From NCBI GenBank assembly GCA_002404755.1, contig DHKI01000014.1, forward strand, positions 4,056 through 68,055: a stretch of 64,000 bases of DNA, given 5' to 3'. The position numbers and the translations under genes were made by a program. The notes beneath the pieces were generated by a model. The model searched no databases. It had not been told where the DNA came from and saw nothing but the letters and a program-made list of their open reading frames with translations. Origin of the DNA: Clostridiales bacterium UBA4698. Its GTDB lineage: Bacteria > Bacillota > Clostridia > TANB77 > UBA1234. Below, one piece after another: positions 38,191 through 49,192 of the stretch. Positions within the stretch are counted from its first letter, which is position 1; every line of letters begins with the position of its first letter.

Positions 38191-39336
38191 TTATGTAACC
38201 TTTCGCTTTTTTAAAAATTTAACTAAATCTTTTTTGTCCGCTATATAAAAATTCATATCATCATACCAACTGCTGTCAGGAGCGTGAGAATCTGACCCTA
38301 TTACTCTTATCATATTAAGTTCGTGCAATTTATTATAAAATTGTTGTAAATCTTTATAATTTGTCTGCCTGCTTAATTCCATTCCAGAAATATTATTACT
38401 CAGTCTCATAATCGAATCTATATTTGCCAACTTTTCTTCGCTTGGGTGTGCAAATATGGTAATATATTTTTTATTCAACTGTTCTAATTTTAATTGATTA
38501 TAGTTATTCACTGACAAACTACCACAACTTTTATATTGTTGAAAATAATCGTCATCCACACCTTTAACAGCTAACATTGAATGCAAAAATCTAGTACTAT
38601 TATTACACGCATTAGGGTTATTTTTATACCTTTCTTCTAAAATTTTATATCTATTCGCTTTCATTTGTTTTCTTTCATCGCATTCATCTTGTACATTGTC
38701 ACTCAAAAGTCTATAAAATATGTCCCATGTTGTTACATTACTTTCACTTAATGAATGCATTAAATATTCCATAAGTGTTGAATATTCTGGTATAGGTCTT
38801 TTAAATTTTTTTAAATAATTCACATAATCTTCCTTCGAACATTTTATGTTATATTTTTTTATAAAAAACTGCAATGTTGCATTTTCAGATATTCTATTAA
38901 ACTGTATATCAATTCTTCGCCACAAAGCTTCTTCATTGTGTTTTACATTTTCTATTAAATCATTGTCTTTTGGATTTATCATTAGTTGCAATATATGACA
39001 TTGACTTCCATATTCTTTGTTTTCCACTGTAAACTCTATACCTGGAACAATTATCTGAATTACCTTTTCATTATCTTTCATATATCTATATAAATCATTA
39101 TATATCCCTATCGCATCATGATCAGTTATCGATATAATATCCAACCCAAGACTTTGAGCACGAAAAATTATTTAATCTAAATTTTGTTTTCCATCAGCAG
39201 AATAATCAGAGTGTATATGAAAATCGGTATAAATTTTTTCCTTATTCAAAATAAGTGCCTCTATTCTCTTTATTGTTTCATTTAAATACGTATTCCAAAA
39301 CGAATAGTCATTTTCCACAAGATTCCCTTCTTTCAT
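38191..39336 (-). pseudogene. PHP-domain protein interrupted by an in-frame TAA
   Basis: Hand translation from the ATG at 39336 gives ...YTDFHIHSDYSADGKQNLD*IIFRAQSLGLDIISITDHD. The stop is at 39172-39174. The whole 1146 nt stays in one frame. Confidence 0.6.
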
Positions 39337-39408
39337 CGTAAAAATACAGACTTCTCATATAAATTCAAATTAAACATTAAATATTGTTTTACTTCTCAAG
39401 CAATGCAA

Positions 39409-40734
39409 TTATTCTTCAACTAAAAATCTTTTCACAAATTCTTTTGCAAATTTAGTTACAACGTAAAACTTATAAGCCGAATATTGGTCAACAATTTTTC
39501 CTGTTGTGTTTGGTTCAAACATGTTATCTGTATAAAATCTTATATAAACCTTATCTTCAAAAAACATTTCGAAATCTATACCATATTTTTCTCTAAAATC
39601 TGCTAAAAATTCTATAAAAGACGGAGTTACAATCTCTTGAATATTTGTGCTTTCTCTAGCATAAATTTTAAAGTATTTGTTAAAATTTTGATTATCTACT
39701 TCTACTGTTTCCGCTTTATCAAGCAATTTAAACTTATTTAATCTAATCTCAAATCTTTCATACTTTTTATTCATATCGAGTACCATGAAATTTCCTGCAA
39801 AAAGTATTTTTTCATATCTTCCGCCTTTTCTTCTAGTATAAAGTACATAAGAAACAACGTCCGCCATTTTAATATTAATTCCATCAATATTCCCACTAAA
39901 ATAATCTTCCGCACCTAATATATATTCTTCGTGCATAGTATATGTTCTCTTAACATCTGTAAAACTATATATATAATTATTTTTAATTTGAGCTAAATCT
40001 GTTTCCTCATTGCTATATTCGAGATTACCACTTATAATTTTCACAAATTTACTTATTACTTCTTTCATATACAAATTCTTATATGCTCTCTTAGCTTTTT
40101 TTATAAAATGTGGCATTATTACTAACACAATGATTAAAGCCAAAAATTCGATAAAAAGGGTTATCATTCCAAACATAAGTATATTATTTACTTGCATCAA
40201 AACCAAAGAGTATAAGAAGACTAAAGGTAGTATTATGCTTAAAATAGATACCCATTTATATGTTTGGATTTTTTTTAGTTTTCTTTTTAATTCGAAAGAA
40301 GTATCATTGCATAAATTTTCACATAGTTCTTGCAAGTTAGTTGTTTCGTCTTTCATTACACTTTTCCAATGTTTTTCTTGTTTAACTAACTTTATTTTTT
40401 TATACACACAATATACAAAAACAACTAGTGCTACTAATAAGAAAATTGCATAGGTACTCAAGTAGTAATTATATTTTAAGAAGATTTCCTCTTCGCAATA
40501 TTTCTTTATTCTTAAGAAAAAATTAGTTGAACTAATCACACCCATTAAAACGCCCAAAAATATAGCAATAACAAGAATTAATCCGATTGCTTTTTTATTT
40601 ATTTTAACATTATTCTCTTCTTCTCTTCTTTTTTTCGCATCCTCAACTAATTTTTCTATCTCTTTCTTTTTTTCTTCATCACTAATATCTTTTGCTTCAA
40701 TCTCTCTTATTTTACTAATTATATAGTAGCTCAT
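39409..40734 (-). CDS. Polytopic membrane protein, function unknown
   Basis: Charged coiled N-terminus, about 5 TM helices and a soluble C-terminal domain. The start is set at MSYYIISK. Confidence 0.45.
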   Translation of the reverse strand: MSYYIISKIREIEAKDISDEEKKKEIEKLVEDAKKRREEENNVKINKKAIGLILVIAIFLGVLMGVISSTNFFLRIKKYCEEEIFLKYNYYLSTYAIFLLVALVVFVYCVYKKIKLVKQEKHWKSVMKDETTNLQELCENLCNDTSFELKRKLKKIQTYKWVSILSIILPLVFLYSLVLMQVNNILMFGMITLFIEFLALIIVLVIMPHFIKKAKRAYKNLYMKEVISKFVKIISGNLEYSNEETDLAQIKNNYIYSFTDVKRTYTMHEEYILGAEDYFSGNIDGINIKMADVVSYVLYTRRKGGRYEKILFAGNFMVLDMNKKYERFEIRLNKFKLLDKAETVEVDNQNFNKYFKIYARESTNIQEIVTPSFIEFLADFREKYGIDFEMFFEDKVYIRFYTDNMFEPNTTGKIVDQYSAYKFYVVTKFAKEFVKRFLVEE

Positions 40735-40829
40735 TTTTAATTCCCCCATTTTTAAATTTGTAAAAGTGCAAATCTTATATAAGTTTAAATAAAACATTAA
40801 ATACTACCTACTATAGCATTTTTCTTTTG

Positions 40830-42212
40830 TTATTTTTCTATCTCGCCTTTTAAGTACCATACATGTTGTGAAACTATACGTACATCAATATTTTTTCCTA
40901 TCAAGTCTTTGCTTCCAGAAAAATTAACCACTTTGTAGCTCTTTGTTCTTCCTGTTAGGACTTCGCTATTTGTTTTGCTAACGCCCTCTACTAAGACATT
41001 TTGAATTGTTCCTATATATTTCATGTTCTCTTCTTCGGTTATTCTATCCGCTAATGTTTTTAATCTTCCAAATCTTTCTGATTTGATTTCATCTGGAACA
41101 TGATTTGGCATTGTTTCTGCCTTTGTTCCTTTTCTTACAGAATAAATGAACATGAAAACTTGCTCAAATCTAACTTTTTCTACAACATCTAGTGTGTCTA
41201 AAAAGTCTTCTTCTGTCTCACCAGGAAAGCCTACAATAATATCTGTTGTAAATGTTACTTCTGGAATTTTCGCTCTTATTTTATCTACTAATTCTAGGAA
41301 TTGCTCTTTGGTATATCTTCTATTCATAAGTTTTAAAACGTTAGTACTGCCTGATTGAAGTGGCAAATGTATTACTTTACAAACACTTTTACAATCTCTA
41401 ATTGCATCGATTACATCATCTTTAAAATCCTTTGGATGTGGAGACATAAACCTAACAATATCTATTCCATCTATTTTGTCTATATCTCTTAATAGATTTG
41501 CAAAAGTATATCCATCTCCTCCGTTGTATGAATTTACATTTTGACCAAGAAGCATAATCTCTTTGTAACCTTCTTTTGAAAGTTCTTCTATTTCTCTTAA
41601 TATATCTTTAGGGTTTCTGCTTCTTTCACGCCCTCTTGTATATGGAACTATGCAATATGAGCAGAAATTATTACAGCCATTCATTATAGTTACAAGTGCA
41701 ATTTTTCCATCCATTCTCTTTATCGGAACACCCTCGATTACTTCGCCATCTATATCCCACACATCTATTATTTTTTTCTTTTCTGTTATTTCTTTATATA
41801 GCATCTCTGGGAACTTGTAAAAGTTATGTGTACCAAAAATTATATCTACTTGTGGATAACTCTTTTTAATCTTTTCTATAATGTGCTTTTCTTGGCTCAT
41901 ACAACCTCCAAAGCAAATTATCATATTATTTTTTTCTTTAAGCCTCTTTAGCTCTCCAAGCTTTCCAAATACTTTTTCTTCAGCGTTTTCTCTTATACAA
42001 CATGTGTTAAACACCATAACGTTTGCATCTTCTACACTATCTGTTGCCGTATACCCCATGTCTTCTAACATTCCAGCTATTTTTTCAGAATCATTTTCAT
42101 TTAATTTGCATCCCATTGTGTTTATGTTGTATTTCAAACCTGTATTTAGCTCTTTAACTTTTTTTATGAATTCATTTTGCTCATCCATATTTTTTTCGAC
42201 TATATTTACCAT
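40830..42212 (-). CDS. miaB: tRNA-i6A37 methylthiotransferase
   Basis: MTTase N-terminal Cys residues, radical SAM motif CNNFCSYC, C-terminal TRAM domain. Confidence 0.9.
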   Translation of the reverse strand: MVNIVEKNMDEQNEFIKKVKELNTGLKYNINTMGCKLNENDSEKIAGMLEDMGYTATDSVEDANVMVFNTCCIRENAEEKVFGKLGELKRLKEKNNMIICFGGCMSQEKHIIEKIKKSYPQVDIIFGTHNFYKFPEMLYKEITEKKKIIDVWDIDGEVIEGVPIKRMDGKIALVTIMNGCNNFCSYCIVPYTRGRERSRNPKDILREIEELSKEGYKEIMLLGQNVNSYNGGDGYTFANLLRDIDKIDGIDIVRFMSPHPKDFKDDVIDAIRDCKSVCKVIHLPLQSGSTNVLKLMNRRYTKEQFLELVDKIRAKIPEVTFTTDIIVGFPGETEEDFLDTLDVVEKVRFEQVFMFIYSVRKGTKAETMPNHVPDEIKSERFGRLKTLADRITEEENMKYIGTIQNVLVEGVSKTNSEVLTGRTKSYKVVNFSGSKDLIGKNIDVRIVSQHVWYLKGEIEK

Positions 42213-42277
42213 ATTTCACCTCTTGTTTCATTAAAAAATGAGGCACATCTATAACATGCCTCACATATAAACTATTT

Positions 42278-42709
42278 TTATTCTTCTTCGTCTTCATCAT
42301 CATGATGATGTCCGCAAGAATCGTGATGGCAATCATCACATCCACAACCGCAATCATCATCAAACATCATTTCAAGTTCGATTGTGTTATGGCAATTTGG
42401 ACATTCAAAATCTTCACCATCTTCTGGAATTTTAAAAGGAATTGTTTCTCCACAGTATGGGCATTCTGCTTCAAATTCTTCGTTCATAGCAGAAACTAAT
42501 TCTTCTTCCATATCTTCAAGCATTCCATAAATTTCAGCAGTTTTTTCTTCTAAAGCTACTTGTCTTTGCTCAATGCTATTTATTCTATCATCAAATTCTT
42601 CAACAATCTCTAAAACAATTGACATTACTTTTGTAGCCTCATCTTCATTTGATATTGAATTTTTAATGTCCTTTAGTTTTGAGTTTAAATCTTTTTTTAT
42701 ATCAGCCAT
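42278..42709 (-). CDS. Coiled-coil plus Zn-ribbon protein with a His/Cys/Asp-rich tail (CD1247-N-like)
   Basis: CPYCGE...CPNCHN ribbon and the tail DDDCGCGCDDCHHDSCGHHHDDEDEEE. Confidence 0.55.
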   Translation of the reverse strand: MADIKKDLNSKLKDIKNSISNEDEATKVMSIVLEIVEEFDDRINSIEQRQVALEEKTAEIYGMLEDMEEELVSAMNEEFEAECPYCGETIPFKIPEDGEDFECPNCHNTIELEMMFDDDCGCGCDDCHHDSCGHHHDDEDEEE

Positions 42710-42739
42710 ATTTAACCTCATTTCTATTATATTAAAATA

Positions 42740-43297
42740 CTAAACTCTTTCCATATATTCGCCTGTACGTGTGTCTATACGAACTTTGTCTCCGATGTTT
42801 ACAAATAATGGAACATTTACAACATAACCTGTTTGTAATGTAGCTGGTTTTGTTGCACCTGTTGAAGTATCGCCTTTGAAACCTGGCTCTGTATATGTAA
42901 CTTCAAGTTCTACAAATATTGGAGGTTCAACTCCAAATACTTTTCCTTTATATGAAACAACTTTAACCATCATATTATCTGTTAAATAATTTAATGTATC
43001 ACCTAAATCATCTTTTCCAAGTGGTAATTGCTCGTATGTCTCATTATCCATGAAATAATACATCTCACCATCTGAATATAGGTATTGCATATCCTTTCTC
43101 TCAATTTGTGCTTCTTGAACTTTCTCAGTTGGATTAAATGTTCTCTCTAAAACAGCACCTGTCATAACATTCTTTAATTTTGTTCTAACAAAAGCAGCTC
43201 CTTTACCTGGTTTAACGTGTTGGAACTCAACTATTTTAAAAACTTGGCTATCCATCTCGAAAGTTGTGCCATTTCTAAATTCTCCTGCACTTATCAT
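42740..43297 (-). CDS. efp: Elongation factor P
   Basis: 185 aa. Motif [17 protein letters not shown]. Confidence 0.95.
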   Translation of the reverse strand: MISAGEFRNGTTFEMDSQVFKIVEFQHVKPGKGAAFVRTKLKNVMTGAVLERTFNPTEKVQEAQIERKDMQYLYSDGEMYYFMDNETYEQLPLGKDDLGDTLNYLTDNMMVKVVSYKGKVFGVEPPIFVELEVTYTEPGFKGDTSTGATKPATLQTGYVVNVPLFVNIGDKVRIDTRTGEYMERV

Positions 43298-43399
43298 TAA
43301 CTAAAACCCCTTCCATATTTCTTTTCGTAGTTACTTTGATATTCTATACTATTTTTGCCATTTTTTCAATACTTTTTTTGAAAATGGTGACATAAAGAG

Positions 43400-43483
43400 G
43401 ATAGTATACTGTAGCTTAGCCTTAATATATGATAAACGCTAAGCTGCAATATCTTTTTATGGAGCGCACATAAGGCTCCACTA
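43400..43483 (-). repeat. Copy A of a ~85-nt hairpin-containing intergenic element (upstream of efp)
   Basis: The minus strand reads GGAGCcttatgtgcGCTCCATAAAAAgatattg..tagc..tcata.attaag..cagta, which is similar to copy B. Confidence 0.4.
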
Positions 43484-43564
43484 TATTCTTTAATATAATT
43501 TCATTAAATAATATGCTTTTCATTTTTGAGGTCCAAGCAGTGTTAATACATATTTTGCCAAATT

Positions 43565-44965
43565 TTATTTATCTACTGTATATGTAGTCGTTCCATCTTT
43601 TGCATCAAGTAGTTTAATGCCATATTTTAATAGTTCCTCGCGTATTTTATCTGCCTTTGCATAATCTTTGTTCTTTTTTGCAATAGAACGCTCTTCTATC
43701 ATAGCCAAGATTTCTTCTTCACTTTCATGTGGTGTGTTTGGTTCATCAACTGTTAAATCAAGAGAAAGTACTTTGTCAAAGTCTTCTATAAGTTTACGCT
43801 TAGTATAATCGTTAGTATCAGATTTAATAACATCATAAACCGTTGTTATTGCAAGAGATGTATTAAAATCATCTCCCATAGCATCTACAAATTGTTGTTT
43901 ATATTTTTCAAATGAAACAATATCCAATTTTTCATTTTCATTATTTAATTTTGAAATCTTTGCTTTTAATTTTAAATATGCGTTTTGCGCTCCTTGAAGA
44001 TTTTCGAAACTAAATTCTAAAATTTTTCTATAATGACTAGACAAAACTAAATAACGATAAGCCAACGGCTTAAATCCCTTATCTATAAGTGTTTGAACCG
44101 TTACAGTTTCTCCTTTACTCTTACTCATCTTCATTTTTCCAAGATTTAAATGCTCAACATGAAACCAATAATTGCACCATTTATGTTGTAAATATGCCTC
44201 ACTTTGTGCAATCTCATTGGTATGGTGTGGAAAAATATTATCTACACCACCACAATGAATATCCAAATATTCTCCTAAGTATTTTATAGAGATAGCCGAG
44301 CATTCAATATGCCATCCCGGGTATCCATATCCCCAAGGAGAATCCCACTTTAATTCTTGGTCTTCAAATTTTGATTTTGTAAACCAAAGGACAAAGTCAG
44401 CTTTGTTTTTCTTATTAGTATCTTCTGTAACATTTTCACGAGCCCCTATAATCAAATCTTTTTCATTATTATTTGTTAAAGTATAATAATTCTCTAATTT
44501 GCTAGTATCAAAATAAACATTGCCCCCACCTTGGTACGCATAGCCATCTTCAAGTAGTTTTGTAATTATTTTTATATATTCATCAATCTGAGAAGTAGCA
44601 GGAATTACTTTAGCAGGCTTTTTAATATTAAGCTTTTCAAAATCTTTGAAAAATGCATCTGTATAAAAAGCTGCAATATCCATAACCGTTTTATTTTCAC
44701 TTTTGGCGCTATTCACCATCTTGTCCGTGCCAGAATCTGCATCACTAGTTAGATGTCCAACATCTGTGATATTCATTGCCCTATCTACATCATATCCGAT
44801 ATATTCCAAAAACTTTTCAAGAATATCCTCATGTATATAGCTACGCAAATTTCCAATATGAGCAAAGTGATAAACAGTTGGACCACAAGTATATAACTTA
44901 ACTTTTCCCTCAACATTAGGTACAAATTCTTCAATTTTTCTAGTTAATGTATTATATAATCTCAT
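43565..44965 (-). CDS. cysS: Cysteine--tRNA ligase
   Basis: HIGN (HFAHIGNLRSY) and KMSKS motifs. 466 aa. Confidence 0.95.
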   Translation of the reverse strand: MRLYNTLTRKIEEFVPNVEGKVKLYTCGPTVYHFAHIGNLRSYIHEDILEKFLEYIGYDVDRAMNITDVGHLTSDADSGTDKMVNSAKSENKTVMDIAAFYTDAFFKDFEKLNIKKPAKVIPATSQIDEYIKIITKLLEDGYAYQGGGNVYFDTSKLENYYTLTNNNEKDLIIGARENVTEDTNKKNKADFVLWFTKSKFEDQELKWDSPWGYGYPGWHIECSAISIKYLGEYLDIHCGGVDNIFPHHTNEIAQSEAYLQHKWCNYWFHVEHLNLGKMKMSKSKGETVTVQTLIDKGFKPLAYRYLVLSSHYRKILEFSFENLQGAQNAYLKLKAKISKLNNENEKLDIVSFEKYKQQFVDAMGDDFNTSLAITTVYDVIKSDTNDYTKRKLIEDFDKVLSLDLTVDEPNTPHESEEEILAMIEERSIAKKNKDYAKADKIREELLKYGIKLLDAKDGTTTYTVDK

Positions 44966-45170
44966 AAAATCTCTCCATTCTATAAATATATTTATTCCGA
45001 AACAAAAATACTTATGAATACATCAATAAATTATTTTTCATGATAGCATCTAGCATTTTAAAAGTCAATCTACTTGTAATACTTTTTTATAGTGAAATAA
45101 AGAATATGGTTACTATTTAGTCTTCAAAATAAAAGTATATATCAAATGTAAATGCATGCTATAAAAATGT

Positions 45171-45250
45171 AGCGGAGCACAGTGTGCTCCATAAAAATAC
45201 TATTGGCTAGCACTTGTCATAAATTAAGCCTGAACAGTAACAGAATATGT
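45171..45250 (+). repeat. Copy B of the ~85-nt hairpin-containing intergenic element
   Basis: GGAGCACagtGTGCTCCATAAAAAtactattg..tagc..tcataaattaag..cagta, in the opposite orientation to copy A. Confidence 0.4.
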
Positions 45251-45449
45251 TTTTTGTTTTTGAGAACTGAATGTTAATAAAAATAGTGGTATATATCTTA
45301 TCTTTTTCGCCTATCTAAAGTATTAGCCTATCTTGTGCTTTCTGGCAAAATGTGGTATACTATAATAAGTATACAAAATGTAAAAACATAACATATTCGT
45401 AATATTGCTTTTGACTCATAATTGAACAATAATATTAGGGGTGATTTTT

Positions 45450-46187
45450 ATGAAAAGTGAAAAAAGAAGATTTTTAGTAGTAATTTTGATAATATTTTTG
45501 ATAATTTTACTGTTATTTATGATTTACGCTCTACGAAATGCTTTAATTTTATCTAATATTGATAAGATGGTTACCAATTTAGAAAATAACAATCAAAATA
45601 TTTATGCAAAAATTGTAACAAACGATATTTCTGGCAATATTACTTCTTCGGAACATTTTTTGAAAGATAATGTTTATAAAAGGGTGACAAAACTAGACAA
45701 TCCGGCAACCGATAACATTGATTTAATTGTTACTACTTTCACATATCCGTCATCACAAAAAGTATTTACAGAAATAGGAGATAATCGAACTTTAAGCATA
45801 AATGATAGCATAAAAACTCCAGTTAGAGGCTACCATGTTGATAATGCTACATATGCTATTATAATGAATTTTGGACATAATGAAAATTTCTTTATACAAG
45901 CATTAGCTAGCATTTCATCTAATATAAAAACAGTAGAAATCGATGGCAAAAAGTATTATTTGATAGAAAACTTTATTTCTTCGGATTATATGTATGATAC
46001 TGATGCAAAAGAAATAGTTGCGTATGTTGAAAAAGATACTGGTCTACCATTAAAAATTGTTGAAACTTTAGAAAAAGATGGAGCAACTTTTGAAAAAATC
46101 TCTTCATTCGAATATAAATTTGATTATGTTACTGATAGCGATATGATAGAACCAGATGAAGCAATGTTTTCTATTCAAGAGGATTGA
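45450..46187 (+). CDS. N-terminally anchored protein, function unknown
   Basis: It has a single TM helix (FLVVILIIFLIILLLFMIYAL). ATG start at 45450. Confidence 0.45.
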   Translation: MKSEKRRFLVVILIIFLIILLLFMIYALRNALILSNIDKMVTNLENNNQNIYAKIVTNDISGNITSSEHFLKDNVYKRVTKLDNPATDNIDLIVTTFTYPSSQKVFTEIGDNRTLSINDSIKTPVRGYHVDNATYAIIMNFGHNENFFIQALASISSNIKTVEIDGKKYYLIENFISSDYMYDTDAKEIVAYVEKDTGLPLKIVETLEKDGATFEKISSFEYKFDYVTDSDMIEPDEAMFSIQED

Positions 46188-46243
46188 TATTAAAATTGAT
46201 TATCCCAGTTAGATTTAACTTCTAACTGGGATTTTTATGTATG

Positions 46244-46831
46244 CTATAAATTATTTACATGTATGTTTTCTGCTTTGCTTTTTAATTCATTTTGTATTAT
46301 GTTTTGTATTTGTGCGACTTTGTCCTCAGTTAGTTTTTCTTCTGCCACTATTACATTCACACTTTCTCCATTTTGCATTATTACTACATCTCCAAAGCCT
46401 TTTAGTTTTATTAAGTTTTCTGCTATTGAAATTGCATTTTTTTCATTATTTATGCTTTTTATTTCTTCTTGTGCTATGCTTTTTTGCTTTTCTTCTAAGT
46501 TTTGGTTTTCAAGCATTTTTTCATATACTTCTATTCTTTGTGCATAATTATTATTTCTTTCTATTCTGCTTGCTGCAAAATATTCATTTGCCGTTATTAG
46601 TTTTGTTGATGTTTCTATGCTATTCATGTAATCATCAACATTACTAACTAAGCTCTCGCCATTTACAAGCACTGCGTTTCCTAAATCATCTGTTATTGTG
46701 CCTGTAACTTCTACCTCATAATTTCTTTTTGGATTATTTGCATAATTTAAATACCCTGCTACACAAAGCATTATTGTTAGCATCCATGCTAGTATTTGAT
46801 TTTTCTTTATTACGCTTACTCTAAAACTCAT
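46244..46831 (-). CDS. spoIIIAH: Stage III sporulation protein AH
   Basis: KKNQILAWMLTIML..AGYLNY anchor and a YscJ/FliF-like C-terminal region. It is the last gene of the spoIIIA operon. Confidence 0.8.
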   Translation of the reverse strand: MSFRVSVIKKNQILAWMLTIMLCVAGYLNYANNPKRNYEVEVTGTITDDLGNAVLVNGESLVSNVDDYMNSIETSTKLITANEYFAASRIERNNNYAQRIEVYEKMLENQNLEEKQKSIAQEEIKSINNEKNAISIAENLIKLKGFGDVVIMQNGESVNVIVAEEKLTEDKVAQIQNIIQNELKSKAENIHVNNL

Positions 46832-46936
46832 TTAATCTACCTCCTATTTGCCATGGTTGTGTTTTTTATGGAGTTTAAGCTACTTCTACAATGTTTTTTC
46901 CATAAGTTATTTTACACTCCCCTTGCTATTACCTTT

Positions 46937-47488
46937 TTATTGTGCAAACACTTGAATTTTATGACTTGGTATACTTGTTACGGCTGATACCGCGTTTATT
47001 ATATTTTCTTTTACCTGATTTACTTCTGCCCCCTCGGCTGTTACAATTACTCCTATTATTTCTGGCATTATATTTTGCTTTGTTACAATATTTTTATTAC
47101 TACCGCTTTCTTCGTATACCACTTTTCTTTCGTTACTTGTTTCTTTTGTTTCTCTTTTGCCTCCACTGCTATCTAGCTCATTTGTAATTGTTGTGACCTC
47201 TTTTGTATCATATATTGGCACTTTTTCTATGCTATTTGTGTACGAAATCATTACCTTTACTTTTCCTACTCCTTTTATTGAGGTTAATATGTTTTCTAGT
47301 TTCTTTTCTAGACTATCTGAATTGGCTTCTTGCTTTACTACCTGTTCTATTTTGGTAACTTCTTCTTTTTCTGTGAATAATGAATTTATCACTACCATTA
47401 CTATGACAACTAGTACTAATAATATAACTAAATTTTCTATTCCTTTTTTGGAAGTTAAATTGAACTTTTCTAAAATTTTTTCCATCAT
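46937..47488 (-). CDS. spoIIIAG: Stage III sporulation protein AG
   Basis: Motifs GVGKVKVMISY and IIGVIVTAEGA...IPSHKIQVF. Confidence 0.8.
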   Translation of the reverse strand: MMEKILEKFNLTSKKGIENLVILLVLVVIVMVVINSLFTEKEEVTKIEQVVKQEANSDSLEKKLENILTSIKGVGKVKVMISYTNSIEKVPIYDTKEVTTITNELDSSGGKRETKETSNERKVVYEESGSNKNIVTKQNIMPEIIGVIVTAEGAEVNQVKENIINAVSAVTSIPSHKIQVFAQ

Positions 47489-47495
47489 ATGCCCC

Positions 47496-48053
47496 CTATC
47501 TAGCCGTAATGGTTACATTTTCGCTTTTTATTCCATAAGTTTCATATGCTATTTTTTCTATTTTCTTTTTGTCTGTGAAACTTGGTTCATTTGGGGCTTG
47601 ATAATTACTTGATACTTCTATGCGAACTGGTTGAACATACCCATCTTCTGTTTCGATTTCTAATTTTAGTGTTTTTGGTTCTAATGTATCGCTGTCGCAT
47701 TCACATTCTATTTTATTTACCGTATAGCCAGATTCTTTTAATCTTTTTACTATGTCATTTCTTAAATTTTCCTCGTATGTATCTTTTAATTTTGAGCTGT
47801 AGTATGTCTCATAATCAAAGTCTTTTGATGATATTTTATATTCTTCTTCATTTTCTTTATATAAGCTTGATACATCTATATCTTTATTAAAAATTGAGAC
47901 AAATGGCTCTACTATAACTATTGTTATTACTATAAGACAAGTGAATATTACGTTTTGTTTTAGCTTTCCTTTTGGCAAAATCATTTGAATGATTCCTATA
48001 AATATCGCAAGACACAGTATTTTGCTTGTATAGCTCTCTAGAAATTCAATCAT
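47496..48053 (-). CDS. spoIIIAF: Stage III sporulation protein AF
   Basis: Two N-terminal TM helices, with size and operon position as in spoIIIAF. Confidence 0.75.
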   Translation of the reverse strand: MIEFLESYTSKILCLAIFIGIIQMILPKGKLKQNVIFTCLIVITIVIVEPFVSIFNKDIDVSSLYKENEEEYKISSKDFDYETYYSSKLKDTYEENLRNDIVKRLKESGYTVNKIECECDSDTLEPKTLKLEIETEDGYVQPVRIEVSSNYQAPNEPSFTDKKKIEKIAYETYGIKSENVTITAR

Positions 48054-48054
48054 T

Positions 48055-49183
48055 TTAAAACCTCCTTATCATCTGTACATTAGTGAGAAGTTGCTCACTT
48101 TTAATAAAAATGTTACTGAAATTATAAATAGCATTGACATTGCCGCTAAAATTCCGAACCATTACTTTGGTTGAGTCACATATTCCGCTCAAACACTTTG
48201 ATATTCGCTTGTCCACTAAAGGTTCTGCAATGCAATTAGTTATATTAAATATAACCATTATCATAAGCAATTTTATAAGTGGTCCAAGTGATATTGAAAT
48301 TATTACTAAAACTCCTACAATTCCTAGTGCGTTTTTTGTAATCGATGTTGCTCCTATAACACTATCTGCCGCATCGCCTATTAGCTTTCCAACTACTGGT
48401 ATGCTCACATTTACAACCGATTTTGTGGTTTTTGCAACAATTCCATCAACATTTGCTGCAAGTGTGCCTTCTAATGATAGAATTCCAACGAATATTATTA
48501 GCGATATTTCTAAGACAAACAGTGCATTCTTTTTTAAAAATGCTCCGAACTTTGATACATCAACTTCATTTGAAATATTGCTAACTAGTGTTAAAACGGT
48601 GGATATTAAAACAAGTGGTATTAAGAGCGCAGAAACTAAGTTGCTTATAATTGCTGTCATTCCAAGCAGTACCGGTTGAAGCGAGCTTACTATTACTATA
48701 TTGCCGTGATATTGTTAAATAGATTATTATTATAGGAATTATTATACCCATAAAAGCATTTAGACTCTTTATTGTATCCTTTGTAAGACTTACCACTTGC
48801 ATAAACGATGTTATTATTAAAATTGCTATCATAAGATAACAAACATAAAAAGCTACTTCTGAAACTCCGTTTTCACTCGAGGCTTGTATACTTTTTATAA
48901 TGCCACAGAATATGCAAATAGCTAGTATTTTAAACATGAGCTTTAATGAACTTTTTATCTCCTTTATAAACAAATTAAGTATCCTATCAATAAGCGTTTT
49001 GCTATCTATTTTTACATTTCCAGTTGTGAGTGACTCGATAAAATCTTCCTCTTCAATTTCTGGAAAAAGCTCTGTTCCATATTCTTTCATTTGATCAATA
49101 TAACTTTTTAAATCACTTTCTGCTTGTACACTACTAAAGATACAGATTAAAAATATTAGTATACTAACAATAAATTTTTTCAT
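48055..49183 (-). pseudogene. spoIIIAE: Stage III sporulation protein AE, frameshifted
   Basis: It is split into 48581..49183 and 48055..48660. Removing one nt near 48705-48707 joins ...IIIYLTIS to GNIVIVSSLQPVLLGMTAIISNLV... Confidence 0.7.
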
Positions 49184-49192
49184 ATGTACACC

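Noticed and set aside
44966-45449. A T-box leader was expected upstream of cysS, and likewise at 60262-60620 upstream of hisS.
   Set aside because: I could not find the conserved T-box sequence (GGGTGGTACCGCG-like) or a recognisable specifier-loop/GA-motif arrangement on the coding strand. Only generic hairpins are present. A covariance-model scan is still needed.
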